64,000 bases of DNA, from contig NW_026867531.1 of NCBI RefSeq assembly GCF_020745735.1, positions 310,001 through 374,000 on the forward strand, in the 5' to 3' direction. The notes beneath the pieces are model-generated. The model was not told where the DNA came from, made no database searches, and was given only the letters and a program-made list of their open reading frames with translations. This document shows positions 36,881-50,354 of this stretch, in pieces. Each line of letters opens with the position of its first letter. The first letter of the stretch is position 1. This DNA is from Hemiscyllium ocellatum (Eukaryota). Both the position numbers and the translations under genes were made by a program.

Positions 36881-38649
36881 GTCACTGAGTATAGGAGTTA
36901 GGAGGTCATGTTGAAGCTGTATAGGGCATTTGTGAGGCCAACCTTAGAATACTGCATTCAATTGTATTCTTCATGATTTCGGAAAGATGTTACCGGGATA
37001 GGACTCAACCTCATAATGGCAAGTTCCTGGGAAGTGTTGACAGACAAGTAGACCTTCGAGTGTGGATTGATAGTTCCTTGAAAGTATGGTTGAAGGTAGA
37101 CAGGTCAGTGAAGGTGGTGTTTGGTATGCTAGCTGTTATTGAGCAGTGCACTGAGTATAGCAGTTGGGAGATCATGTTTTGGTTGTTCAGTTTATTGGCT
37201 CAGCCAATTTTGGAATACCATCAAGTAAAGGAAAGCAGAATAACTGCCTTCTTCACTAACCTACCGAACTGCGACTCTACTTTCAATAAACTCCATCTGC
37301 CACACCTCAGCCCATTCACCCAACTGATCAAGATCCAGTTGTACTCTGAGGTGATCTTTTTCACTGCCCACTACACCTCCAATTTTGGTGTCATGTACAA
37401 ACTTAATAACTTATGTTCACATCCAAATCATTAATATCAATGAGGAAAAGTAGTGGATCCAGCACCGATCCTTGTGGCACTGCACTGGTCACAGACCTCC
37501 AGCCTGAAAACCACACATCATTAGGTTATAATCCAACAGGCTTATTTGGAAGTACAAGCTTTCGGAGTGTGCTGTGATTTTTAGCTTTGTCAGGATTATC
37601 TCGATGATAACAGTAAAGTGCTTCAACAATTCGAGGCCATATGTTCCCCATACAATAATTTCCCCGCTAGCAGTGTAAGCTGCTATTCCGGCCCTATGGA
37701 TAGCTACTCATCACTTTCTCCCCCCAATCCCATCCATCCTTCTGTTGATCTTTTATGTTTTTCTAATCTCCTCGTTTCTCGCTGGTCTTTGCCAATTTGT
37801 ATACCTTTTATTTCCTTAGACACACATGGCAGATTTTTCTAAATTTCTTCTTTTTGACTTATATATACTTTTTTTGAACACTTTGAAAAATTGCTTTGAT
37901 ATTCCTCCACTGTCTGTCAACTGTCCCATCGGAAAGTCTTTGCTTCCAGTCTACATTCGCCAACTCCTCCCTCACCCTATTGTAGTCTCCTTTGTTTAAG
38001 CACAGGATCTTGGGACTGGATTTAATCTTCTCGCTTTCCATCTGTGTTCTAAATTCATCCAGACTTATCACAAGTCTATTGTCACATAATGAGGTGAGGT
38101 GATGTTTTCTGGGCCTTTTGGTTTTCATTATCAGAGACCTTGGCTTTGTAAGAAAGTGTAGGATAGATATTCTCAACAAATTATTCTGGATGCTGTGAAT
38201 GTACTACACAGACTAAAAGTATAAATTACTGTCTCCCCTGGTTTAAAATTGCAAAATCATTATCTCCTAGAAGCTTCCTCATTCTCTAAGTTTGAATTGC
38301 TAATCCACCTGACTATCCTGCTTTTAACAAAAATCTCCTTGGGTGAAAGTTGTGAGTTTTGGATTCAGCTTTCCAGTTATTACCGTGAGAAGATAAGGAC
38401 TGGGCACAGGAGAGGCAATGCAGCCCTTCGAACCAGCTCCCCCATTTAATATGATGATTATTTAATATGGTAAAACCTCAGTCTCAGCTGGATTTTCCCG
38501 CCTGCTCTCTCTCACCCTTCAACTAGTTGCAAATTACAAATCTGTATCTCTTCATTAAGTTTGCTCATTGTCCTGGCATCCACTGCATTTTGAATAGGGA
38601 ATTCCACAGATTCACAACACATTGAGATAGATACATTCTTCTCCATGAG

Positions 38650-38978
38650 AATAGAATAGAACCCCTACAGTGCAGAGGGAGGGTATTTGTCCATAGAGTC
38701 CACACCAACGCTATGATGAGCATCCCATTCAGACACATCCACTCCTTGTAACTCTGCATTTCCCATGGCTAATGACCTAACCAGCACCTGCATGGAAACT
38801 GGGCAATTTTGCATGGCCAACCCACCTAACCTGCATGTCTTTGGACTGTGGGAGGAAACTGGAGCACCCAGAGAAAATCCACGCAGACGCGGGGAGAACG
38901 TGTGTACTTCACACAGTCGCCTAAGGCTGGAATCAAACCTGGGTCCCTGATGCTGTGAGGCAGCAGTGCTAACCACTC
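38650..38978 (-). mobile_element. V-SINE
   Basis: Reverse complement of the HE1-like head and V domain. Confidence 0.8.
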
Positions 38979-39019
38979 AGCTACCTCTGCTTAAAATCTG
39001 CTCCTCCTTATTAACCTCC

Positions 39020-39345
39020 CACCCGCAATTGGCTGATTCTATATTCCTTACATCAGAAATTGGGTTGTCTAAGTGGATGTCTCAGCAAAACCCAGTGACA
39101 GCTCACATGTCCTGCGTGTCTGAATGGGGATCCAATACCCACACTCTCCACCCCACACTTTTCATTCACGTTCCAGAGACAGGGCTCCAGTGGCTTCCTG
39201 GGGACTACAACTCCCACAATCCCAGAGGCAGGGACCACGCGTGTGTGGGGTAACCCGGCACTGTACATGTGCAGAATGTGGGCGGGTTTTGGAACATGTG
39301 CTTTGGGGTAACTAGCGGAAAGTATTTCACACTGTGATTGGCTGG
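39020..39345. promoter_or_regulatory. Promoter-like cluster: ZNF143/THAP11 SBS motif, GC box, two CCAAT boxes
   Basis: ACTACAACTCCCACAATCCC at 39204-39223, GGGCGGG at 39280-39286, ATTGG at 39028-39032 and 39337-39341. Confidence 0.5.
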
Positions 39346-41139
39346 AAGAGGGACACATCTGCTTGTAGTATTGATCTGCCGGGGAGTTAAGGTGTCACCA
39401 CATCCACGTGGGACCAAGTTCCATCCCCAATGCGTCATAATGCTGGGAATCGACCAATGGGAAACAAAGAAGGCTCTGACCCATTCTCCCAGACTGAAGG
39501 TTCCTCTTCTGTCCAGGATCTGTCACCTTCCTTTCTGTTTCTTTTTGTTTCATTCTGCGGTTACATTATTGACTTGCAGCAACTGAAGGGAAAGGAAGTG
39601 AACCCAGATAGGGTACAGAGTCTAACCAGGATGGGAAGTGGTGGTATGGCTATGTTTATCAGCCATGAGAATGGGGAGGGTGTACATTAGGGACAGCAGG
39701 GTCTGAATGGTGGGAGAGAGTATGTGGGCTGGAGGGTTACAGCTTTGGGGGAAGAAAGGGAAAAAGATATTCCAGAGAAACTAGAATTCTCTGTTCTGAA
39801 TTTCTAATCTGTACATATTCCTTTATACAGGGTGCTGGATGGTGAAGATTCACAGACTGAAATCTCAAAATCATGTGCAGATCATGATTAATTTAACCAG
39901 CGTTGGACAAACCAAAGACTGAGAGTTAATCGGCCAAAATCCTGCAACACTCTCCCTCCCAGCATTGTCGGTCTATCTGCGCCAAATGGACTGCGAATCG
40001 TTCAAGACAGCAGCTCACTACCATCTTCTCAAGGGTAACGAGAGATGGGGAATAAATGCTGGCTGATCCAGTGATGCCCATATCCTGGAAATGGCTTCCA
40101 TCTCTAGTTGCTGAAACCCAGTTGATGTTCCTGCAGGATGATGAGGGATGCTGAGTGCATCCTCCAGGAGGCAGCACCATCACATTACCCCTGTCTACAC
40201 CCACACAGTAACACAGCAACGTCACTGGAACAAAAGGCAGTGAAGCCAAAGGAGGACTTTGATGAATTTACCTCGAAGACCTATCTCTAAGGGGATTGGA
40301 ACCCAGCAGGAACAGGAGACTGAGCTGGATGGTCAGCTGTTTCCCACTGATTGGTGGAGCAGGATTGAAAGGCCGAATAGCCTCCTGCTGCTATCTCCCA
40401 GGTATGTATATAGGCATGGAGCCCGGGTAGGAAGAAGTAGGCAGGGCAGGGATTCTCCAGGAGATTGCAGTTCCACATCAGTTTTCAGTGAGGGAAGGTT
40501 TGAGGGATTTTATTTAATATTTGTCTTTTATATTAAAAAAAAACAAATTTGCAAACCTTGTGTTCAAGTTTATTCCAGAAGAAATAAAAATAAAATAATC
40601 AAAACGATCTGAATATAACAGTTTTAAAAATTTCAAACGCCCTATAAAACAAAATCCTGTCTATTCCCGACACCATCACTTCCCAGTTACTCAAACTCCA
40701 GGGAAATATTCCTTCCCTGTCTGAACCTTTGGTTTGATTTAACTGCTTTTCAGTTCCCGTTCTGTGAGCTGTGAAGTGTTCTTTCCCCCCCATTTCTCCG
40801 ACCCAGAAGTGTTATCACACACAGCTGAGCAACTTTCCCACCATCAAAATCATCATGACGCCATTTTGGTTTTTGTTAATATATAATCACCAGCAGGAAA
40901 CCAGCCGTGTAACCAATTGAATATTTACAAACAAAGCCCATTACGGGCAAAACAAACCATTACAAGTGACAAAGTGAGAAGGGAGTAAATCAAGGTAGAG
41001 TTGGGGGGAGGGGGCAGCGACAGAGATAAAGTACTGTACCCCCTGCAGTGCCCACCTCTATCTAAAGGCATCGAGAGCATTGATACACACCACATGCTCC
41101 TTCTCCAAGGACACCCTGCTGTGTAGCCTTTATCCTCAA

Positions 41140-41465
41140 TCATAGAATAGAATCCCGACAACGTGGAAGGAGAGCATTGGCCCATCAAATCCCACCGACC
41201 ATCCGAAGAACATCCCACCCTGAGCACACCATCCCTGTAACACAGCATTTCCCATGGCTGATCCACCTAGTCTGCACATTCCTGGACACTGGACAATTTA
41301 GCACGACTGATCCACCTAACCCGCACATCTTTGGGCTGTGGGAGGAAACCAGAGGACCTGGAGAGGACCCACACTATCATGGGGAGAATGTGGGAACTCC
41401 ACACAGGCCGTTGACCAAGGCTGGACTCCAACCTTGTACCTGGTGCTGTGAAGCAGCAGTGCTAC
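41140..41465 (-). mobile_element. V-SINE, degenerate
   Basis: cctaacccgcacatctttgggctgtgggaggaaacc...gcagcagtgcta. Confidence 0.75.
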
Positions 41466-41817
41466 AGTCACAATTTAAATCAAAACAGATGATCCCTGCT
41501 TATTGTCACATTGCTGTTTGTGGAGACTCACTGCCCAGAGAGACATCCTGAGGTTCAGAAAGTGGCAATATAAATTCTGTCAACTCCAGCCCAGTTAATG
41601 TGGTTAACAACAACCACAACATCAATAATCCAACAGTGTCATCATGTACAAGGTGCAGTCCTGACTCTGATGGACAATAACTGCAGAATCAGAGTCCTGC
41701 AGTGTTGTGTGAACTCTACCCCACACGGAGCAGGGGGATGACCACTTCCCTGTGTGCACTCACTGGGCTCTCTGAAGATGCAGCAAATCCCTTGTCACAC
41801 TGAGGGGTAAACAACTC

Positions 41818-42435
41818 CTACCCAGTGTGAACCCTCTGGTGTATCAGCAGGAGGGATGAATCACTGAAACCCTTCTCACTCACTGAGCATCTGAATGGCC
41901 TTTCCCCAGAGTGGGCTCGCTGGGGTCTCAACCGATCAGAAGACTGACTGAATCTTTCCCGCACATGGAGCAGGTGAATGGCCTCTCCCCGGTGGAAATG
42001 CACTGATGTCTCTGCAGGAGAGAGATTTGAATGAATCCTTTCCCACACACTGAGCAGGTGAAGGGTCTAAATCCTCTGTGTCCTCTCTGGTGTCTCAGCA
42101 GATTGCAAGATCGAGTAAATCCCTTCCCATACATGGGGCAGGTGACCAGCCACTTCCCAGTGTGACTGTGTCGGTGAGTGTCCCGTTGGGAGGGATAAGT
42201 GAATTCCTTCCCACTGTCCCCACATTTACACAACCCCACCCTGGTCCTGTCACATTGGTGTCTTCCCAGATCACATGACCAGTTAAATCCTCGACCACAT
42301 GCACAGCACGAATGGTTTCTCTGGGCTGGGAGTGCTGCTTTCCCCTTCCATATTACGTATAATGTTCAGGATCTGCGGAATTGGGTGTGTTAAATGTGAT
42401 GTTAAAGCTGAGTTTCCCATCTGTGAACTCTCTCT
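41818..42435 (-). pseudogene. C2H2 zinc-finger pseudo-exon, about 6 fingers
   Basis: Acceptor ttgttttacag| at 42436-42437 and ATG at 42351 (MEGESS..PEKPF). Linkers HTGKW/TGERPF/HSGERPF. Several Cys/His ligands lost and two frameshifts. Confidence 0.85.
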
Positions 42436-43762
42436 CTGTAAAACAAGTTTATTTCCTTCATTACTACAGCTCCCAACACCGGCTCTCCCTTCAGTTCTCC
42501 TGAAATTCTAAATTTGGACTAATGCAATAATGTGGCTTTCTCTCACTTGTTTCTGAAAGTAAACTCAGATGATTTTGAATAACTGGACTTTACTAGCCAA
42601 ACATGTTCCTACGCAATCATTTACGACTTTTAACCCATGGGAAATGTGTTACCAGCTTCGATGACCATTAGAATGCTCTGACCACTTCGATGGAGTCGGT
42701 ATAAGTCAATTCTAACAATTATCAATAGATTGTCTCTAAACAGGGTGCCCCCACAACAGTAGGTGCTCTGACACTCAATGCCTGTAAGTTAAGTTCTTTT
42801 TCTTAAAGCCCCTCATGTGTCTGGCAATCTGGCAATACAATTGAAGATAGTTTATACAGTAACCTGACGGTTTCAATTGCCAATTGCAATCCATGAAGCA
42901 GTCAGTAACACGCCCCAGTGAATTGAATTCTAACAGCAGCTTTGCCCTGTCAGGAGAGATTGAGGAGCATGAAGCTGTCTTCTCTGGAGGACGGAAATAT
43001 GAAACACTTGGAATGAACAAAATTCTTCAAGAGCCCAGTAGGATAGATACAGGACGATGAGCTCCCTGGCTGATATGTCTTGAATGAAATAAGCACGAGC
43101 TGTGGGATCTTTACCCAGCATCCCCTTTCGCTGCATAAATGTTTAAGATTTATTTGGTGCTCTAATTCCACTCTCTTGTTGACTCCCACTTGTAGTTGCT
43201 GTAATGTTGGTGGCCGTGCAAATTGGTAACATTTGATACAATCTATCCTGAAACCTCTCTGTATCTGTGTCTCGCTTTTGTTCACTGAGACCCTCATTCA
43301 GTCTGACGTCTTTCCAAACGTCTTTCCTGATATTTCCCCAGAGGGCCTTCGAGGGCTCAGAGCGAAATGTTCACAGAATGGTTACTGCGCAAAAGGAGGC
43401 TGATTGGCTCATCAGCTCTCCAAAGGATCCCCTCACTGAATGCTGCTCTTCTCCCCTTACCCCATAAACCTTCCCATTCACTCTCTCCCAGTAACTGTTC
43501 AATTCTATTCTCTTCATTGTACCTGGCTCCACCACACTCTTTGGCAGTGCATTCCTGACCATAAACTTTCTCTGCATGAAAGCGTTTTGTCTCATGTCAC
43601 ATGTGCTTCTTTTGTCAATCCCTTTACATCGCTGCCTCCTCATTATTGATTCTTTCATGAATGTGAACAGTTTAACCCGATCAACTCTCACTAAATCCCT
43701 CTTGGAGGTATCTGTACCCACCCCGGGATGGTGAACATCATCTCTCCCGGTCACAGGAGACC

Positions 43763-43933
<171 letters not shown>

Positions 43934-46900
43934 CCACAGCGATTGGATTTGTTTTGCTTGTTCATGGGATCAAGGCATCACTTGCTGGGGCAGCATTTGG
44001 CATCCATTCTAACTGTCCAGGAGATGGTTCAGTGTCAACCCCATTATTCAGGGTCTGGATTCACATGTAGGCTGGACCAGGTCAGAATTAACAGTTTCCC
44101 AGGCCCAATGACATGAAGAGTTGATTTCTGGCCTATTATTTCTAAAATGATAATGAATAATTTTTGCAGTTGAATTAAAAGTGAAAGACCAAAATGGGTT
44201 TTATTCTGATTGAGCACGTCCCCCTGTTTTCTCAGTTGTTATTGACAATCTCATTCCCCTCCCACCAGAACCTGTTCCAGAGAGTGTTCCAGAAAAGGCA
44301 GAATGGTCAGCTGCAGCTGGTCACCTGACTGGGCACTGGGCCCAAAGGTTCACTCTCCACAGATGCTGCCAGACCTGCTGAATATTTCCAGCAATTTCTG
44401 TTTTTGTTTCTGATTTCCCAGCATTTGCAGATGATTAGTTTTTCAATATTCATCTTGTCTGTTGGAGAGGAGTTTATTGAGGAGTTTGGAGAGTTTTGAA
44501 AATTGCAAGTTTGGCCACAAATCAGCCATGATCATATTGAATGGCCGAGCAGGGTTGAGGGGCTGAATGGCCTCCTCCTGTTCCAGTGAAAGTTGTCCAT
44601 CTGCAGCTTGTGGCAACATTTCCCCTCACTGTTCACTTCACCTCCATGTCTAACACACTGTTACTGACTGAACAAACCTCCTGTGTTTGAACTAAACCTG
44701 CGCATGTTCAGTGGCTCCCTCTCCTGCCACCCGGCATCATGGAATGCTGTCTCGTATTACTGCAGGAATACCCACAAAGGACTCAGCCTGGAGTCTGTAT
44801 CCCCTGGGATCCACAAACCCTGTTTATTTCCTCCTTCCTCTTTCATTCTGGCGATTGAACTCTCGGTTTCAATCCAATCTCCTGTCATGCTCTTCAACAT
44901 GCCCATGTGGGTGGGCTAGAGGCAGCTGGGATTTAATGAAGGGAAGTGGGGATTAGGCGGAAGCGCGAGGAAAGGTGACAGCAAAGACAGTTCTCATTGA
45001 AACGGCAGAGTTTCTCCGTGACCCAGTGAGTGGTGAGGCACCTGAGATTGTGCGGGAGGCAGATTCAATCAGAAATTTGGGAAAACACTCAGACACTGAC
45101 CTGACCATCTGATTGTTAACTCAGACAGATAGACATAAATAAATATGCACATATAGATAGCACCTTTGATGGCCTGGGGCAAGGAAACATGCTTCCAACC
45201 CAATTATTTCAACCTCGACTCTCTGAAAACACGGGCACAAAGCTTCCTGCTTGCACCAGGTTGTCTCTCAGCCTCCTCTTTTCTTGAGAAAAGCATCTTA
45301 AGCTGTTTAGCCATTCCTGGTGATTGTAACCTCTGTGTTCTTGTAAGATGTATGACTGAACCTTTATTTTCCTGTTCCCTGTGAGCGACATCAGCAGCAG
45401 AAACAGGTCCTGACCTGTGAGGGGTTTCAGTTCCAGTATTTGTATTTACAAATTCATTCTTGCCCTCACATACAGTGTGAAATTGCTGTAAAACTGAAGG
45501 AAAGGAGTGAGTGAGCACACACAGAAACACCAAGGCAGCATGTGTACCTGAGCTAAATGACCTGGCATGAGGAAAACATGACGGCAATCGCAACTAGTTA
45601 GAATCACAGAATCCCGTAGGTGCAGAAAGAGGCTATTCGGTCCATCGAGCCCGCAATGACCTGCTCTCCCACCCTACCTCCAAAACCTCACATTAACCAT
45701 GACTAACCCAACCCGCTGAACCTGCACACTACAGACCATGTTAGCACGGCCAATAGAGAAAACCTGTACATCTGTGGGCGGGTCACAGATTACATCCAAA
45801 TGCTCGGAATTGTGGATGAAGGCTCACGGATATTTAACTCTGACACAAATGTCTGTCTTTAAAAATAAAATCTGGGGGAAACTACAACCAGAAAGATTTC
45901 CAATTATCTCTGGAGGAAGAGAATTCAAAACTCATGCCATTGACCCAGGGGGCGCAGTGAAGTCACAGAGGCCTGGGAACCATCAGAAATGTAACAGGTT
46001 GTGACTAAAGTGGGGGTGAGACAAGGACAAAAAGACAGTCTGTCACACAGGGGAAAGGCAGGAGAGATTAAACAGCAGAAATAGTCGTCTCTCAAGGCCA
46101 CGGGGAATGGAGTTATGGCTGTGAAAGAAACCAGGAAACAAGGTGTGCAGCTATCAATGAAAAAACAGATTATAACACACCGGGCCAAGTTCAGAGTCTG
46201 AAATTGTTGCTGTCATTGGTGAGTACAGAATGCTGTAAAGCCTGGATAATTCTATTACAGCCAAAACATACAGGATGGGCCAAGTGGCCTATATCTGTGC
46301 TGCAACTTTCTGATAAATTTATTCTGACATTTGGAATTCAAATCTGATGATGCTCATAAATTCTCAAATTGGACTTGAGTTTAATATTCTGGAGAAATGA
46401 CCAATAACTCACATTGATCCCATTCTGCAGACTTTAGACCACAGCCCTGCATGTTCCAGCATTTCAGTTACATCCATGTCCTTTTATTCTAATGTGATGC
46501 TGGTTACTGCCTCTGCCACCCCATCGGTGAGATCCTGCTCCCCACCATCTCCGAGTGAAATGAATTCTCCCCTCCCCCTTCTTTCTGAGAATTAGTTGCA
46601 ATCTAAAACCTCCAGTTTCTGACCTCTCTGTTAATGAATAGCTCCTTCCTATCCACTCGATCTGGATTCCTCAGCATTTTATCACTTCAATTAAATCTCA
46701 GCTCATCCTCCTCGGAAATCCTCCCCAGCCTATCCAATCTTTCCTCAGAGCGAAAGTTCTCTAATTGTAGAAACATTCTGATCAATCTCCTCTGTACCCT
46801 CTCTGGTGTGATCACATCAACCCTGGAATGTGGGGATCAGAAGTGTGTGCAGTACTTTAACCGCAGTCAAACTAGTGTTCCTGACATTTCCCGTGTCACC

Positions 46901-47081
46901 TCCATGTTCTTGTGGTTGTCGCTCACACAAGAAGTGTCTTGGTTTTCCCACATGGAACTGGATGTGCACTCCATGGGGCTGGGATTCCCTACCATGTGTT
47001 TATTTGTTAACTAACTATCCTAAATTAGCTTCAGACTAAAACAAGATTATCAGCTACCCACCAATCAACTTCTTCCATTAT

Positions 47082-47221
47082 CGGTTAAAATCTTCGAGTA
47101 AAAAGTGAGGTCTGCAGATGCTGGAGATCAGAGCTAAAAGGGCTCTGGCCTGAAATGTCGAATTTCCTGTTCCTTGGATGCTGCCTGACCTGGTGTGCTT
47201 TAACCAGCAACACATTTTCAG
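47082..47221. mobile_element. Miniature PLE insertion with 13-bp TSD
   Basis: TSD cttcttccattat at 47069-47081 and 47222-47234. TAAAAAGTGAGG start at 47099 after 17 nt of filler. Ends cacattttcag. Confidence 0.8.
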
Positions 47222-48074
47222 CTTCTTCCATTATACTCAAGTCACCTTACTTTTTAAAAGCTCTTTAAAATTATTACTATCTCAACACAACAGACTTTAA
47301 TTAGCTGAACAAGTATTCAGATGTCTCCACTGTTACAATCACTTGAAGATTATCTTTACCTTCAGCTACATTTGGTGAATTGAACTCTGATTGTAAATAT
47401 ATGAATATCAAACCGACTTGAGTTTTATGATAATTAATCTAGTCTGACATTCTTGTTGGTTAATATCTTGAAGAGAACTGTCCTCAGAACTCCAGCTGTG
47501 CTCTGACTTCATTCACAACAGGATGTGGCTGGACTGCAGATCTTAGATCTGTTCTGTTGTTTACCAGATTGCTTCGCTCTGCTGATCACTCGCTGCTTAT
47601 GCTGTTTGACACACAAGTAGTCCTCTTTGGTAACTTCATCAGGTTAACACCTCATTTGTAGGTATCCATGCTGCTGTTACTGACATGCCCTCCTGAATTC
47701 TCACAGGGGAATAAGGATTGATCCTCTGGTTTGATGATAAGAGGTAAATTGGGGAATATGCTGGGCCGTGATTCGTTCAGTTTTGTTGGAGTACAATTCT
47801 ACTGCTGTTGGTGGAAGGAAAGAGCTAAACTCTTGCACTGTAAGCCCTATATACAAGAAGCTCCATGCAGTATCATGAACACTGATAAGCCAAGACAGGA
47901 AATACAAGATTGATGGTGCTTCCAATCATCATCAGAAACAAACCCCAGAATACATGGTTCAGAGATGGATGTCAATAGCCAATCAACATCCAACTCCTGC
48001 AATTATTCAGCAAACGTATGTGTGATTAACCAGTCCTGATGATCCAGGAAATCACTGTTCACTCTGTGCAGATG

Positions 48075-48445
48075 GACAGCGATGTGGGGAAGTATTGGCT
48101 GAGTGGTCTTGTCGCTCGGCAGTTAATCCAAAGCCCCAGACAAAGTTCTGGAGACCTGGGTTCAAAGCCTGCTGCAGCAGATGGGGGAATTTGAATTCAA
48201 TTTAAAAAAAACTCAGGAATTTAAGAGTCTAATGATGGCCATTAATCGATTGTCAGAAAAGCCCATCTGGATCACTAATGCCCTTTCAGGAAGGAACCTG
48301 CCATCCTGACCTGGTCTGGCCTACATTGTGACCTCAGACCCACAGCAATGTGGTTGACTCTTACCTGCCCTCTGGGCAATTAGAGATGGGCAGGAAATGC
48401 TGCCGGGCCAGCGACACCCTCATCCTGTGAATGAATAAAGGAAAA
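48075..48445 (+). mobile_element. DeuSINE (SacSINE1-like), near full length
   Basis: tRNA-like head (gggttcaaagcc), Deu core ggaaggaacctgccatcctgacctggtctggcc...aatgtggttgactctt, and ...gtgaatgaataaag end. Confidence 0.75.
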
Positions 48446-48454
48446 TAAAAGTCC

Positions 48455-48815
48455 CTACCCAGTGTGAATCTGTGCATGTTCAACAATGTTGTGAACATTT
48501 CCAAAACTAAGTACTCCATGTACAACACTTTATGAACTGCCAAAACCATTGTTCATTACTTGGTTTGAACAAGAGAAAAAAAGTCCTTCAGCTGTGGTTC
48601 TGAGTAAATTCCCTGGTGTCTCAGCAGGATGGATGCCTGAGTGAATCCCTTCCCCCCGACACACACAGAGCAGGTGAACAGCTTCTCCCCAGTCTGACTG
48701 GTTTGGCCAGTTTCCAGGTGGGATGGGTAAAGAATTCCCTTCTGGCATTCCCCACATTTCCAGAGTCTGTCCCTAGTGTGGCTGCACTGGTGTTTTGCCA
48801 TTTCAGATAAATGCG
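48455..48815 (-). pseudogene. C2H2 zinc-finger fragment, degenerate
   Basis: KHQCSHTRDRLWKCGECQKGILYPSHLETGQTSQTGEKLFTCSVC..KGFTQASILLRHQ. Confidence 0.75.
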
Positions 48816-49476
48816 AGCAGACTGTTACACACACCATTAGCATCCCCCTCCCCCCTCCAAGAACCCAATATAAAGCAGTAAACATTATTTCCTGCTGAGG
48901 AGGGACAGCCTGTATTGGTCTGAGTGGGTACGCTGAGCAGATTTACCTAAATGACAACTTAATCGGTGATCAGAGCAAGTTAAGCAAGTCCAAATAAAAT
49001 GCATTATCGCACAGAAAGAGGGCCATCAAATCCAAGCTGGCTCTCTGTCGCAGAATCCCATATTCTCACTCCCCATACATCCCCCAAACTCTGCAAGTTT
49101 ATTTCCCTCAGATCTGATATAATTGTTTTTATCAATCATTCATCTTCTCCTCTGCCTGCACCACCATAATAGGCAACATGTTCTGCATATTTCCAGCCAA
49201 TACAGTCAGCAGAAACACGTGCTCATCTCCCGCTGTCTCAAAACCTTTCATCTGATCTTAATTCTTGTGCCATCACCTATCGAATACAGATATTTTTGTC
49301 TGCTATATCTAAGTCTGTTATAATCCTATACAGCTCTATCAAAAATATGTTCAACTTCTTCACTTCAAAGAAAATAGCAATTTCTTCAAATCAATCCAGT
49401 GACTGCATTTTCTTCATCAGAGAACCACTCCAGTAAGTCTGTACTCCACACTCTGAGGATTACTCATATCCTTCAT

Positions 49477-50202
49477 TGTTGGTACCTATTTTGTTCCACA
49501 AATCCAGACGATGCAAGTTTTCTGCACAACAGCAGTAGCTTTATTATTGGACAGCCGGCGAGAGTTTCAAAGCGTCTCTAAAGTAGCCGAGTGTCTACTT
49601 GCAGAGACTGTTCTTCATGAATCTCTGCCTTACCCACAGAGACAGTATATTTAATAGGAATTAGACAAAGACATATCAGTCACATGGGCAATTGTCATTA
49701 CATAGTTTAAAGCAGGTAATTATGACCTTACAAAGCTTGATGAATGACGATGTCCTGTGATAACGTGTGATGGATTACAGAAACTGATTATTGTATTGTT
49801 CATGATTATGTGTTGATGGGAAGAGATTAAGGCAGAAGGGTTCTTCCTTAAGTAAATGGGGGATTCACTTACCTATGCTAATATGGTGGGGAGGTAACAC
49901 AATGGGAGCAGGAGGCAGTTTAACAGGGTTGTGCCCAGGGCTCTCAGTCTTGTCTGGAAAGGGCAAATTTCTCTCTGGTGTTATGGGGCAATCCACATGT
50001 GTGGCTGCAAGAGATTCTATTTTGAGATCCTGTCAGCCTCCCCCCTTCTGAGGTGTTCTGTCTGTATTGTAAGAGTACAGGCCTTCAGTCGATGAAATAA
50101 GGCCTTTGGCAGGGGAATGTTTAACCCTTGAGTCCCCAAGGAGTCCTGAAAGAGAAGCAAAAGGTATGGAACTGGCCCCTCGATGGTATTTTATCTTCCT
50201 CA
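49477..50202 (-). mobile_element. Probable solo LTR (about 725 bp)
   Basis: TG...CA ends. Absent from the paralogous block at about 55600. Minus strand has a TATTAAATATA-like box and AATAATAAAG near its 3' end. Confidence 0.5.
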
Positions 50203-50354
50203 TTCTGACCAGGAATCTGTTGACCAGAATTGAATGCAATGATTGACTGTGACCTAACTAGAGCTTTGTCAAGGATCAGCATCTTTCCAATGGGTTTGTT
50301 ATCATTCCCCCTATTAATAAAGCCCAGCATCCCATTTGTTTTATTCAAAACACT

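Noticed and set aside
40867-40875. GGTTTTTGT nonamer
   Set aside because: No CACTGTG heptamer at the proper spacing.
42520-43300. Possible very old LTR-element integrase traces on the minus strand
   Set aside because: Only faint motif echoes across several frames; cannot be supported without an HMM search.
45204-45593. ORF with a signal-peptide-like segment (AALVFLCVLTHSFPS)
   Set aside because: It does not match Ig leaders, has no ATG-to-donor leader structure, and no V exon follows.
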